NCBI RefSeq assembly: GCF_009914755.1
Contig: NC_060937.1
Length of the DNA: 64,000 bases
Source of the DNA: the human T2T-CHM13v2.0 reference genome, Homo sapiens
Strand: one strand, 5' to 3'
Part shown: positions 28,011-45,365 of the stretch, in pieces
How the letters are laid out: every line of letters starts with the position of its first letter
Numbering within the stretch: the stretch's first letter is position 1
Made by a program: the position numbers and the translations under genes
The notes under the pieces: model-generated
What the model saw: only the letters and a program-made list of their open reading frames with translations
Databases searched by the model: none
Told to the model about the DNA's origin: nothing

Positions 28011-28685
28011 TTTTTAAGCTTTATTAAGATACAATTTAAATACCAGTTCACCAATGATTTCTAATTCAACTAAATGGCTTTTAGCACATATAGGAAGAGT
28101 TGTACAGCTGTTGCCACTGATTCCAGGACCTTTTTAGCACCCCGCAAAGAAACCCCAATTCCTGTTAGCAGTCATTCCCCATTTCCTCCTGCTCCAGGCT
28201 CTGGCAACCACTGACCTGCCTCCTGTCTCTATGGATTTGCCTATTCTGGACATTTCCTATCAATGGAATTATACAATATGTGGCCTTTTGTGACTGGCTT
28301 CTTTTACTTAGATAATATTTTCAGTGTGCATTCATGTTGTAGCATAGCATGTGTCAGTACTTCTGTTTTATAGCTGAATAATATTCAATTATGTGGATAT
28401 CAAATTTTGTTTATCCGTGCATCGGTTGATGGGTATTTGGTTCGTTTCCCCCTTTGACCATTATGAATAATGCTGCTGTGAACACTCATGTACAAGTTTT
28501 TGTGTGGGCACCTGTTTTCAGTTCTCTTGGGTATATACCCAGGAGTGGAATTGATGGGTCATATAACTCTATGTTTCATATTTTTAGGAACTGCCAAATT
28601 ATTTCCAAAGTGGCTGCCCCATTTTACAGCCCACCAGCAATATAAGAGTGTTCTGATTTTTCCACATCTTTGCCAACACTGCTAA
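28011..28685 (-). mobile_element. Old L1MB-like 3' end
   Basis: gctttattaagatacaattt...ctggcaaccactgacctg...ccaggagtggaattgatgggtc. Confidence 0.85.
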
Positions 28686-29574
28686 AGGACAGTATAATAT
28701 TATATAAGACTCTTAATTATTTAGGCATTGATTATCTACAAGGGGGTTTTCTAGGATTTTGTTTCCCTTTCTCTGTCCCCAAGTTACTGATTTGTTGATT
28801 TCACTGTAATATCTGATTTTGCTTTCCCGAAGAGAGGAAGGTGAGGAGAATGTGGGAGAACTTAAATTGGTTAATATAGCTAAATATTAACACCTGTTAA
28901 CAAGTTGACTAGAAAGGTTTAAGGGGGAAAGATGATTTAATTAGCTCAAGTGATGTTTGGATTAATAGCAACCTCTGTAGGACTGGGGATGTATTCTTAG
29001 GTACTATAATAATTTATGTTTTTATTTATGAAAAAATTAAAAATTTAAGCTTGTTTCATATTATCTGGATGACCATGGTATGGGGAAAACTGTAACTTGA
29101 TTTTTGTGCCTTAATTTGCATTTGATTTTAATTTTTTGGTGCCAAGAAATTCAACTAACATGGCAGCAATTAACTTACTGCAGAGCTTTCAAAATATCTT
29201 AAAGGGCCTGGAAAAATTTTTCTAGAAGCTTCATATGTTACCCAAATTTGATGAGGAGTATCATAGTCAGTACTCCTGTGGAGTTTTCAAGTAAAGCCCT
29301 CATAATGATGGTGGGAAGGAAGGTGTGTTCCCTAAGAGTGAGGCTTGGCATAAACCCTTCACACATTACCTGGAAGTATCACACTTCAATTTTAAAAAGA
29401 TTCACATGAATTTACAGTGTTTTTTAATGTTACATAATAGGTAATACCTATTTTTAGTATGTAATAAAGCCTTAAATTATATAACATTCAATAAAAATAC
29501 CTGTACCTTTCCACAGTGTACTAGAAAATGTTCCAATTTGTGTAGAACTGACTTTTACTCTTCTTTTCATTCCT

Positions 29575-29825
<251 letters not shown>

Positions 29826-30890
29826 ACATGAGCAGCCTAGTACATGTCGGGCACTTAGTGTTCAGTAATATTATTTACTTTCCTGAAGAAAATGGCCAAT
29901 TAATGGAGAGTAGTACATTTCAAGAGATAAGGAGAAGCATGATTTCTAACACTCTAGAATATTGGATTGGCTAGAAAAAAAAACAGTTTGAAGAGGAGAA
30001 AGAGATGAATGTGAAATGAGCAAGCTGCTGAGTACGGGGTGAGTAGTGATTACATATACTGGAAAAGAGGAACTTAGTTCTGTAGAAATCTTAACTTCGT
30101 GATAAAAGTTACCAGCAACAGCAGGTGGCCAAATAACAACCACAGGGCACCTGAGATGGGTATGATCTTACTGTTCCAGTTTTTATTATGTTTCAGTCTT
30201 GAGAAAAGACCCATCTTTAGAGGAAGACATATATCTTTAATTTACTCTCCAGGTCCTCCATAACTGCTACAGTAGCTATAATATTTATGTGATGGAATAG
30301 TCAAGTATAAAATAATATTGAGATAAAAATTTTGACACAACAGAGACTCAGTAGGAAGAAATTGTAAAGCTGGAAAGAGTAAACAGTGCAATAGTGATTA
30401 ACTACAGAATAAGTGTATCAAAGTACAACTTTCAAATTGTTAAAACGTAACTGTCTCTTAAATGTATCATGAATATGTGTCAGAAATTTATTTAGCTCAT
30501 CAATGAGGGAACCAGCAGGATGTTGCCACTGACTTAGTCTGTCAGGAAAGGCGTGCTGAGATGTTTGCTAAATTAGACAACACTGGTTAATGTCCTATAG
30601 GGCAGTAAAACTGTAACCTTTATAGTTACCTTTTCTGAAAGATAGAAATAATTTGCATCTCTAATGAGAAAAAAAGAAATCTGAAGATTAACCTATAACT
30701 TACCTCTAATTAGTAGTAAATAGCAGGTCAAAATAAAGTACGTCCTAGAGAATGAAATCAGTTAGACTGGCTTTGGTGTGATATTGAAAGTACATGTGCC
30801 ATCCTTGGCCTTATTTCCATGTTCTGACTAATTTTAAAAAATATGTATAAGGATTAGTGAGGGGCCATTAATACCACCAGAAATTACTAG

Positions 30891-31364
<474 letters not shown>

Positions 31365-32025
31365 ACCTTGTTTTGTTTCCAAACTCACTGGACTAAATGT
31401 CAGGTCCTCCCAGCCTCCTGCCCACTCCTGTACAAACAGAATCATAGGAAGTCTCTTTATAATAAAGCAGCAAGCCTATTTCAGGTACACATGTGTTTTG
31501 CTGGATGTTCTAGGAAGGTGAAAAAGAGTCTAGAGGTCTCCAAAACCCTTTGCCATTAAATCCTTCAGACCCAGTTAATAAAATCCATAGGAATCTCCCA
31601 CAGAGGCGTTGTTGAGTTTGGCTTGGGATTACTATAGAGGTATGATTATTAATCTTCATTCTTGTGGCAGTTTACATCAGTTTCTAGATAAATGTTGATT
31701 GGAATTTAAAACTCTATGTATGTTCAAGCAAGGAGGTGAGTTTTGTTTGGTAGTCTCTTTTTCTTTGTCCTTGTTCTTTCTGCCAAGTCTGGGTCGTCCT
31801 GTGAGGGCTATCCCACGTGCTGCCACGAGGACATGGAAACTAGTAAAGTTTCTGCAGGTCAGCAAAGTTAGATGAGTACCACCAGCAGCAGGTGTCAGCT
31901 AATAAGCAGAGGGCATTTCAGACTGGTACCTCTTCCTCAGGGGTGATGCAGGACCTTTTCTGCTGTTGATTAAAGGATTGTATTTTTAGAATATATATTA
32001 CATATTCTTAGAACTATAAAATCTT

Positions 32026-32260
32026 TTTTTTTTTTTTTTAAGGCAGGGTCTTACTCTGTCACCCAGTCTGGAGTGCAGTGGTTCATTCTTTTTTCTCTTT
32101 TCAGGCACACACCACCACTCTCAGCTAATTTTTGTATTTTTTACAGAGACAGGATTTTATCATGTTGCTCAGGCTGGTCTCGAACTCCTGAGCTCAAGCG
32201 ATCCGCCCGTCTTGGCCTTCCAAAGTTCTGGGATTACAGTCCTGAGCCACTGCGCCCGCC
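32026..32260 (-). mobile_element. AluJ-like with rearranged right arm
   Basis: Alu text; TSD agaactataaaatctt / agaaccataaaatctt. Confidence 0.9.
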
Positions 32261-32994
32261 AGAACCATAAAATCTTAAAGTTGAAGGAAATCTCAGAGGT
32301 TTGGAATCCAGCACCCACGCCAGCTGCAATCCATGTTTGCCAGCCGCTGAGCTCTTCGGAAGGTGGGAAGCTGGGAAGACTGAATCTTGCTAGATGGCCT
32401 GTTCTCTGTAAACAGCTTTGATTGTTAGGGAATCTGTCACAGAATGAAAAACAATCTCATTCTACATACTGATTCTACCAGAAAGTGTGCATCTGAATAA
32501 ACTTCTGATCCTTCTTCCATAGGAAAAGCACTATGATGTCTTCCCTAAAAGTTGTGTTTTTGAAGCTGAATGTCTCAGAATCTTTCTGCTGATTTGTGAA
32601 ATAATATGGATGGCAGATTATTGTGTAAATTTATCTGTGGTTTGTCTGTGTTTCTTTTAAGATGTGTTCCTTAGAACTGAACGTACTACTTTTAATTGGC
32701 CAATGTGTAGGTTTAGGAGAGGGATGGGAAAAACTTGCGTCTTGTGATCTAAGCTCTACTTCTGTTGTTTGCCTAGACCAGCGGCAATGTATTGGAATTT
32801 TCAATAGGCGCATAACAGTGTCAGATCACATTGGCCATCCAGGTCACCACATCTTTGGGTTCTTATTCAAATAAATTGCTTTTGTTTGTCAAGTGTTCCC
32901 ACTAAGCCATATGTAAGTAATTGTAATCCAATTTTTTAAAACCTTAGCTGTGAATACTTATTATAATAATAATATATGTCTTATAAGAGAGATA

Positions 32995-33360
32995 GACTAG
33001 CATGGTAGTTAAGAGTTTAGCACTGGAATCGGACCATCTGGGTTCCAATCCTATCTCCTTTATTACAGTCTGACATTGAGATGGTTAAATGTGTTGATGC
33101 CTGGAAGGTCCCTTCCCATGGCTCTTGGTTGGTCAGTGATCAACAAATGAGAGCTATTATTCTCTTTGCCAGACTTGTACAAACCCCTTCAACGGGCATT
33201 TTCTTAATTTAACCCAACTACAGTTTGATGAATACTATTGTTATTCTGCCTTTGTTTAGATGTGGGAACCGAGCTCAGAGTAGCTAGGTAATTTGTTCAG
33301 GGATGTGGCACTCCTGGGTGGCGCAGAAGGATTTGAACATGGGCCTATCTGATGCTTTAG
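32995..33360. mobile_element. Two MIR fragments in opposite orientations
   Basis: gcatggtagttaagag...ctgggttccaatcc and tttagatgtgggaaccgagctcagag...ggatttgaac. Confidence 0.55.
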
Positions 33361-34103
33361 TGGTTGGCACACCTGGTTAGCCCTGTTGTATGTTTCATAG
33401 AGCAGTATTTTCTAACCCAGCCTTCTAACAATTGTGTATCTTAGCTGTTTTATTAAATATTTAATTCATACAAAGAGTACAGCATGTAAGGACAAAGACA
33501 AGTAAACACCATGTATGCACTGCGCAACCTGAAACGTGAAATGCTACCATTTTCCTTGAATGTCCCACCTCGTTCTCAGCCCCAAGTCTCCCACCCAAGA
33601 GGTGACATCATTCTGACTTCGGGGATTATCACCGCTTAACTCTTCTTTATTGGTTTTCAACACATAAAATATTCCTAAACAATATTTTTCTTTATGTAGC
33701 TGTTTAGTAGAATAGCATAACATACGAGATGTGAATATAAAGCAACTTTATGTTTTTTGCTCTCGGTGGTCCCCTTAAATTACACGTGTGATTAGTTTCT
33801 CTTGTGCCCGAGATGAAAAATCAAGCAGCCTCATGACTGTTGGTCACCTCCGGGTCATAAAAATCTCACAATCACATCAAGTTTAAAACAAATAAAACAA
33901 ACCAAAAAACCCCACTCACTCCCACAATGAAAATACACAGTTTCACGTAATAGTCAAAATAATCTTGCTTTAAAATTGAGGCTCTTGATATTGACAGAAT
34001 GTGTCTGATTACGTCCTTGTTCTTTTTTTTCCCCCTCACAGGAATGTTGCAGCTATTCTAAGGGCTTTGCACGCTCATGTGAATTTTAAATTCAGCTAGT
34101 CAG

Positions 34104-34104
<1 letters not shown>

Positions 34105-34138
<34 letters not shown>
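34105..34138 (+). repeat. (CA)n microsatellite
   Basis: Pure CA run. Confidence 0.97.
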
Positions 34139-34142
<4 letters not shown>

Positions 34143-34334
34143 TTGGATTTTGATTGGAGGTATTTTTGAATCTGGACATTGTAATGGTGTTATTTGTTCC
34201 CTTGCCTTAGTGAGGTTATCATGCTTATTAGCACAAGGGGCGGGTTTCCAAGCATTTACCTAGACAAGCTGTGACCCCCTGTCATGTGTACAAAGCTCTT
34301 GTTGGCCTGACTGTGCCACTCATCATCAGCTGTT

Positions 34335-35109
<775 letters not shown>

Positions 35110-35110
<1 letters not shown>

Positions 35111-35163
35111 TCCAGCCTGGGGGACAGAACAAGACTCTGTCTAAATAAATAAATAAATAAAAA
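35110..35163 (+). mobile_element. Alu 3' terminal fragment with (TAAA)n tail
   Basis: ctccagcctgggggacagaacaagactctgtctaaataaataaataaataa. Confidence 0.85.
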
Positions 35164-36007
35164 GTGACTCTGACATATTTGACTCCTATATTCGTTGATA
35201 CATCTAAGTTTATCCTTGCCTTTTAAAAGATAATAGGTAAGGATATATTACCTTGTTGTGTGTTGTGAGTTTACTTTTTATCCTAGGATTTAAGTGCAAA
35301 AGGACGTTAAGAATCCTGGGCTATGGAAGAGCTTGATCTTCCTGCCTCTGAGCCCCAGAACCCTCTTTTGTTTGCAGAGCTAAACAGCCACACCGAGTAG
35401 ATGGCCCAGCAGCAGTAAATGTGGTGCCCACAGTCGTAAAGGACAGTTGATTCTGCAGGGAACGGCCCGTTCCTGAGCCTCTCCTGGAACGAGTGTGTGC
35501 TTGGGCGCTTTCTCCAGGTTGGATGCCAGTGTTGGCCTCAGAGACCTGTTTGCTTTCTTTCTTTCCCTTTTTTTTTTTTTTTTTTTTTAGCTTCACTTGT
35601 ACTTTAAGGTACAATATTAGAATGTTCCTGTGACTTTTTTTTTTTTTTGTATTTGTAGATTTGGGATAAAAATGGAATTAAAAAGCCTGAAGGGAGCGGG
35701 AGGAGGGAATCTTGCAAAATACAGACGGAAGAGAGTGAGAACTGTCTTATTAGATAGTTTTTTTCTTTTGTTCTTCATCTGTTTTTGCATTTATTATTTG
35801 AGATAAGAAATTTTCATTAAGCAAAGGTAGTGAAACACTCCCAGGAGCCTGGAATTACGTTATGAACACGGCTTAGTTTGGGAAATAAAAATGGCATCAT
35901 ACGGAAGCATTCCACTTACTTGCCCAATTTAGGAGTGGAGAAGTCGACAAGCAAACAGGAAAATCCTAACTTAGGAAACAGTATGTAATTCCTGGAATTA
36001 TGGTGAG

Positions 36008-36225
36008 ATTTTTTTTTTCCCTCAAGTTTTATTTTAAGTTCCTGGGTACGTGTGTAGGATGTGCAGGTTTGTTACATAGGTAAACGTGTGCCATGGTGGT
36101 TGGCTGCAGATCATCCCATCCCTAGGTATTAAGCCCAGCATCCATTAGCTATTCTTCCTGATGCTCTCCTTCCCCCATCCCCTCCCTCCCCACAGGCCCC
36201 AGTGTGTGTTGTTCCCCTCCATGTG
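36008..36225 (-). mobile_element. Short 5'-truncated L1PA 3' end
   Basis: ttttattttaagttc...gtgcaggtttgttacataggtaaacgtgtgccatggtgg...aagcccagcatccattagctattcttcctgatgc. Confidence 0.92.
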
Positions 36226-37974
36226 AAATGATGGGATTTTTACTGTCAAGCTTTCTGAAGTTGAAGTTGTCTCTTCCCCAGTGCCCTCTTTGTAAAAGTA
36301 TAAAGAACCATTCTGTAGAGGATGTAAATTAGTGTCAGGGTAATCACTAATTACCCTGACGGTAATTTAGGGGAAGGGGAAGAAGGGGAAGAAATACTGA
36401 TAATATAGCACTCAACTTTTTAAGTAGCTTTTTCCTAAACTTGATCTTCCTGTGTCTGAGCCCCTAAGAAAGCCTCAAAAGCGCTAGCTACATTTTGTAA
36501 AGTCTGTTTTTGTGACTGAAAGGGGACAGCACTTCTGTGGCTGTTTGCATTGTTTCCTTAAACTTTGCTGTTGAGGATTGGATGTGACATGTAAGGCTCT
36601 CTCTGTTATGTCTAGGTGGACACAGCAATGCAGTGCCTTGCAGTCATTTAATGGTGGATTCCTGCAGGCAAGAATCAGGATAGGGTAATTTCTGGGGCTT
36701 AAATTTCATGGGTTCTTCAATTCTCAAACTCGTTTCTCTTTTTTGTTGGTAGGTATTTGGGAGAAAGAGCTGGAAAGACACTTTTTTATATTATTAAATA
36801 CAGACAATTGATGAGAAGAATTTTTGTAGTCTCTCCCACAGAAGGATAAATTTACTTTGCAGACATCCAAACCTAATGTTTACAAAGAAGCTCTGAATGT
36901 TTCAACAAATATTTAATGAGCTGCCATTAGGTGCCAGACACTGTACTGTGTGTATATGCTGTAGCTCTGGATGATTAAGGTCATGTCTTTAAGGAGTTTA
37001 TGGTCTAGTGAGGGTGCCTCAGTCATGCAAAAACGTAACTTAATGTAATGTGGTGTGTGTTAGATGAATTTCTGCACAGCTGCTTGGTTTAATATAGTAA
37101 TTGTAAGTGTCAGGAAGCCACAGGGGGAGTGTGGCTTCCTGAGAGAGACAGTTCCTGCACTGAAGCTCATAGGCAGGTTCTTATTGCATGTACTCACAGC
37201 CAGAGGCTAACCCGAATGCCTGTTATGTGTTAGATACAGTTACAGGAATAATACCGTTTAATTCTCACTGCCGTCCTCCAGAGTCTCTGTTATTGTTATC
37301 CACATTTTTCATTTTGCAGATGAAAAATCGGAAGAAACACTGTGTTCAGAAAGCGATAGGAAAATTGTGAATCTTCCTGAATCAAATATATTTTGGAAAT
37401 GCTTAATTTAACTGGTAAATTGTTAAAAGCATTGTTTTTGTTGGCAGACAGAGCTTTTTTTTTAAATTTTAGTAAAATAGGTATAACGTAACATTGACGA
37501 CGACTTTAACCATTTTTAGGCATAAAATTCAGTTGTGTTAAGTTCATGATATTAATATGGTTGTGCAACTATTACTACCATTCATCTCGAGAACTGTTCC
37601 ATCTCCCAAACTGAATGTCCATACTCATTAAGCAACAGCTCCCATTTCTCCTCTTCCTCCCAGACCCCAGAAATTACTGTTCTACTTTCTTTCTCTACAA
37701 ATTTGACTACTCTAGGTACTTCAAATAATTGGAATCATATGCTATTTGCTCTTTTGTGACTGTCATATTTCAGTTAGCATAATGTCCTCCAGGTTCATCC
37801 CTGCTGTAGCATGAGTCAGAATTTCTTTTCTTTTTAAGGCTAAATAATATTCTATTATATGTATATACCACATTTTCCTTATCCATTTATCAATCAGTGA
37901 ACATTTGGGTTGTTTCTGCCTGTTGGCTGTTGTGAGTAATGCTGCTGTGAACATCAGTGTATAAATATCTGTTC

Positions 37975-40440
<2,466 letters not shown>

Positions 40441-40844
40441 AAAATCTGTTCCAGTCCCCAGTTTCAGTTCTTTTGGGTATATCTCCAGAAGTGGAATTGC
40501 TAGAGCATGTAATAGTTCTGTGTTTGAGTTTTTGGGGAACCACCATAATGTTTTCCACAGTGGCTGCACTATTTCACATTTCCGCCAACAGTACACCCGG
40601 GTTCCAGTTTCTCCACATCCCTACCAGCACTTGTTATTTTCTGTTTTTTTAAGGTAACAGGCTTCTAAATAGATGTGAAGTGGCTAGTGTTGTTTTTTAT
40701 CAAGACAAATCTTAGGAAAAGAATGCAGTATTTGTGTGACTTGTAAAGATAAACTATGCAACTGTAAAGAAATGTTCAGCGTTCAGTAACCTGCTACCTC
40801 TGCGCATCACCCAAGATGCAGACTGGCTATCCTGAGCCATCAGG

Positions 40845-41005
40845 GAGGCAGTCGCAGTGGATTAGGAACACAGATGCTGTGGCCAGACTACCTGGTGTAG
40901 GTGGTGGCCCTGTCACTCTCTATGGTGTGATCTTAGGACCTAACCTCAGATTCTTGCATCTGTGAAATGGGTGTGATAATAGAGGGCAGTTGTGTTGAGA
41001 ATATC
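40845..41005 (+). mobile_element. MIR fragment
   Basis: gcagtcgcagtggattagg...cctcagattcttgcatctgtgaaatggg. Confidence 0.6.
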
Positions 41006-42516
41006 TGGCATATAGACATTCTCTCTCCTCCTCCACCTCATGTGTAATTAGGAGTAATTTAGGGAAGTTGGAGCCGCACTGCCTGATGGGAGCCGCTGAA
41101 AGAGCTTTCGGCAGGGAAGGGACGAGCCTTGTTCTTGTCAAAATGGGCTCAACAAATCTGAGGCTGAAATTCTTTTGTCAGCAGGCTGGAGGAAGGTAAT
41201 TAGTGTCAGGTGAGGCTCAGAGTTATTGAATGTGTTCAGAATCAAGGACCTGGTGGCCTCCCAGAATAGTGACAGAACTGGGGAGTGATCAGCTTTCTTC
41301 CAGGAATTCCCTGTAATTGAGGGCTTTGTTGCCAAAAAGGCTGATAATAACCTGTGTTCCATATTCCTGTTAATTAGATGCAAAGTGGTTCCAATTCCAA
41401 ATTGCACCACTGTGGAATAAAATACAGAATATAGATTGTGCCTGAGGAATATTGAAGTGAAACAGTATAATTCATAATCCCCAGTGCTCCTAGCACTGCA
41501 GTGAGTGAATATAGGTGGAGTCTGAGTTCTCCAAGAGTGATTTTCCCTTCCCATGTGGATGACAGCTCACATTGGCTTTTCTCCAGTGGATCGGTTAGTC
41601 ATGCAGATCAAGAAGACTGGTGGGGGTGGGGGACTTTCCAGATTGATCTTTAGTTGCAGATAGGTGTCACCTTCTTGTCCAGAGGGTTCCCAGACATTCT
41701 CAGTTCATGCACCCTGGTTTCTCATTAAGACTTTTAGGGAGCCCATAGGCCAAGAAAAGCCCTGACAGTTCCATTTATTAAGTAGTTTTAATCAGCTGGC
41801 TGGAAAGGGATATTGCTAAGTGTGGAGAGAAACAAGGAGAAAGTTCAGAAAAGTTTCAGCTTCTTCAGAAATTACTGCACTTGGTTTAATTTGAAGTCAA
41901 GTGAGAGTCTCAAGAGGTGAATACTGTATTCACTCCTATACTGAAGATCGGATATTGGTGTTTTCCTTTATAATCTGAATTTTACCAAAACTGGGTGGAA
42001 AACACAAAGTTCCTAGAAAATAGAGATTGCTATGTTTTTGTTGTCTTCTGGACAAGAGTCTAATCTCCAGGGGAGCATGTCAGGGTCAGCTGTGGCTTCC
42101 TGGTTCCTGCCACTGTTGATGAGCTGTCAGCACTGATGCAGGGGTCATTCTAACGGAGGTGCAGAGATAGACATCATGAGCCTCTGGCTTAGGTGCCCAA
42201 GAACTGTACTCAGGACAAGCCGATTTCAGGAATTCGACTTGAACACAGATGTGATCACAGTGGTATCAAGAGTAGATATTTTAAAGGTGCTATCCCCGTT
42301 TCTCTATTAAACCTCAGTTAGGCTTTTAGTTGTCTCAGATAGAGGTGTAAGACTTTAATTTCATTTCATTTTTAATTTTAAAAGGTCAGCGTTTTTGTTG
42401 AAACTAGATTGCTGCACTTAAAAGTATGGGGTAAGGGAATTAAGAGATGAAAAGACAGCTCTTGCCAAGGTTATTTGATGAAATAAAAGGAGGCCACCAG
42501 AGGAGGTGAGAGGACA

Positions 42517-44600
42517 GCACTGTTCTGGTCTCTGCTTTCAGTTCTGCGTGTTAAGTGAGATCATGTGGTATTTGTCTCTCTGTGCCCGGCTCATTTCACT
42601 CAGCATAATATCCTCCAGCTTTATCAGTGTTGCTCCAAATGACAGGACATCCTTTTCATGACTGAATAGTACTCCGTTGTGTGTGTATACACCACATTTT
42701 CTTTATCCATTCATCCATTCAGGGACACTTAGGTCAGTTGCGTATCTTGGCTACTGTGAATAGTGCTGCCATGAACAAGGGGGTGTAGACGTCTTTTTGA
42801 GGTGTTGATTTCGTTTTTTTGGATATATACCCAGTATTGGGATTGCTGTATCATATGGTAGTTCTATATTTAGTTTTCTGAGGCGCCTCCATGCTGTTTT
42901 CCACAGGGGCTGTACTAATTCACAATCCTGCCAGTAGTGTGTGAGGGTCTCCTTTCTTGCACATCCTTACCACCGCTTGTAACCTCTGGTCTTTTTGATA
43001 ATAACCATCCTAACAGGTGTGAGGTGGTATCTCACTGTGAGTTTGATTTGCATTTCCCTGAGAATTTTGATGTTGAGCACCTTTTTCATATATCTCTTGG
43101 CCATTTGTGTGTCTTCTTTGAAAAAATGTTCAGTTCCTTTGTACATTTTGTGATTGAGTTATTTGTTTATTGAGGGCTTTGTTTGTTTTTGCTAATGAGT
43201 TGTTTGAGATCCTCATCTATTATGGGTTTTAGTCCTTTACTTGTTATATGACTTGCACATGTTTTCTCCTATTCCATGGGTTACCTTATTTTGTTGTTTC
43301 TTTTGCTATGAAAAGCCTTTTAGCTTGATACAGTCTCGTGTCTATTTTTGCTTTTGTTGCCTACGCTTTTAGTGTTATATCCAAGAACTTATTGCCAAGA
43401 CCAGTGTCAAGGAGCTTTTCTCATATGTTTTGTTCTACGGTTTTTATGGTTCCAGGTCTTAAGTTTAAGTCTTTAATTCATTCTGAGTTGATTTTTGGAG
43501 TAAGAGGCCAATTTTATTATTTTGCATGTGGATATTCAGTTTTCCCAGTACCATTTATTAAGAGACTATCCTTTCCCCATTCTTGGTGCCTTTGTTGAAG
43601 TTAAGTTGACCGTGTATGCATGGGTTTATTTCTGGGCTTCATATTCTATTCTGTTGGTCTATGTGTCTGTTTTTATACCAGTAATATGTGGTTTTGATTA
43701 CCATAAGTTTGTAATATAGTTTGAAATCAGGTAGTGTGATGTCTCCAGCTTTATTCTTTTTTTTCAAGATTGCTTTGTCCGTCTGGAATCTTTTATGGTT
43801 CTATATGAATTTTAGGGTTTTTTTTTTTTTTTTTTGTATTTCATTGGAATTTCAATAGCCATGGCATTGAATCTGTAGATGACTTTCAGTAGTATGGACA
43901 TTTTAATGATATTCTCCTAATTCATGTTTATAGGATATCTTTCCATTTATTTGTGTCTTCTTCAGTTTCTTTCATCAATGTTTTATAGGTTTCAGTGTAC
44001 AGATCTTTCACCTCCTTGATTAAAGTTATTCCTAAGTATTTTATTCTTTTCGATGCTTTTGCAAATTTGATTGTTTTCTTGATTTCTTTTCAGATAGTAC
44101 ATTGTTAGTGTCTAGAAATGCAACTGAAGAAAATAAATTCAACTGATTTTTCCATGTTGATATTTATCCTGCAATTTTACTGAATTTGTTTATTAGTTCT
44201 AACAGTTTTATGGTAGTCTTTAGGGTTTTCTGTATATTAGATAACATCATTTTCAAACAGACTATTTAACTTCTTCCTTTCTGATTCGGTTGCCTTTCTT
44301 TCTTTCTCTTGCCCATTTGCTCTTTCTAGGACTTCCAGGATTATGTTGAATGGAAGTGGTGAGAGTGGACATCCTTGTCTTATTTCTGATGCTAGAGGAA
44401 AAGCTTTCAGGTTTGCACTATTGGGTATGATATTAGCTGTGGACTTGTCATATATGGTCTTACTATGTTGAAGAACATTCCTGTTTGCCATATTTGTTGA
44501 GAGTTTTTATCATGAAAGAATGTTGAATTTTGTCAAAGGCTTTTTCTGTATCTATTGAGATAGTCCTATGATTTTTAGCCTTGATTTTGTTGAGGATTTT
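42517..44600 (-). mobile_element. Old L1M (L1MA/MB-like) 3'UTR and ORF2 fragment
   Basis: Minus ORF KTIYDKSTANIIPNSANLKAFPLASEIRQGCPLSPLPFNIILEVL; antisense L1 text throughout. Confidence 0.9.
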
Positions 44601-45185
44601 TATTTATTTAGTAAATATTGCATATTTATTTAGTAAGGTGCATCTCCGTTGGACCCAGCCTGATGGTGGGAATCACCTGTCTCTCCCCTCTCTCCATATT
44701 GTCCAGCTGGTCAGCAGGCCATGTTGACTCTCTCCCCATCACCTCTCCCCAGCCCACGGCCAGGATTATCCCATCCGGTGGCATTGATGGTGATGGCCTC
44801 TGCTGCCAGAACTTCTGCTGCCGGCTCCCATGACCTTTAGAGTAAACCCCAATCAAAGGCCTAGGCTCCCCCACCCTGTCCCTGCCTGTCGTCCTCCAGC
44901 TGGGGTCTCTGTCTTAAGCTCCCTGCACCCCAACATCCCTCCTTTCTCTGGCATTAGAGCATCTGTGTGTCGGCTGAAGGAGGCCGCTTCAGGCTTCATA
45001 ACAACACCAGTGCTCCCCACGTGGCTGGAGCTCTCTGATGGCTGAACCTCATCAGCTGTTCGCCATTCCCCTACTAGTGTGTCTACCCCAGTTCCACTCA
45101 GACACGAGGGACCAAGGAAATATTTACTGAATGAATGAATGAATCAAGTCTCATAGGAAGTTCTTTCTTGTTCAGAGATGAAGGA

Positions 45186-45365
45186 GGCCAGGTGCGGTGG
45201 CTCTTGCCTGTAGTCCCAGTACTTTGGGAGGCCAAGGAGGGAGGATTGCTTGAGGCCAGGAGTTCAGGGCTGCGGGGAGCTGTGATTGGGCCACTCCAGC
45301 CTGCACCAGGCTGCACTCCAACCTGGGTGACAGAGTGAGACCCTGTTTAAGAAAAAAAAAAAAAA
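45186..45365 (+). mobile_element. Alu monomer (FAM/FRAM-like) with small internal duplication
   Basis: Single ~165-nt monomer plus A tail. Confidence 0.85.

Noticed and set aside
35591-35608. 18-nt frame-preserving micro-exon after a long poly-T acceptor
   Set aside because: The donor AAG|gtacaa is weak, poly-T...AG tracts are common, and nothing else supports it.
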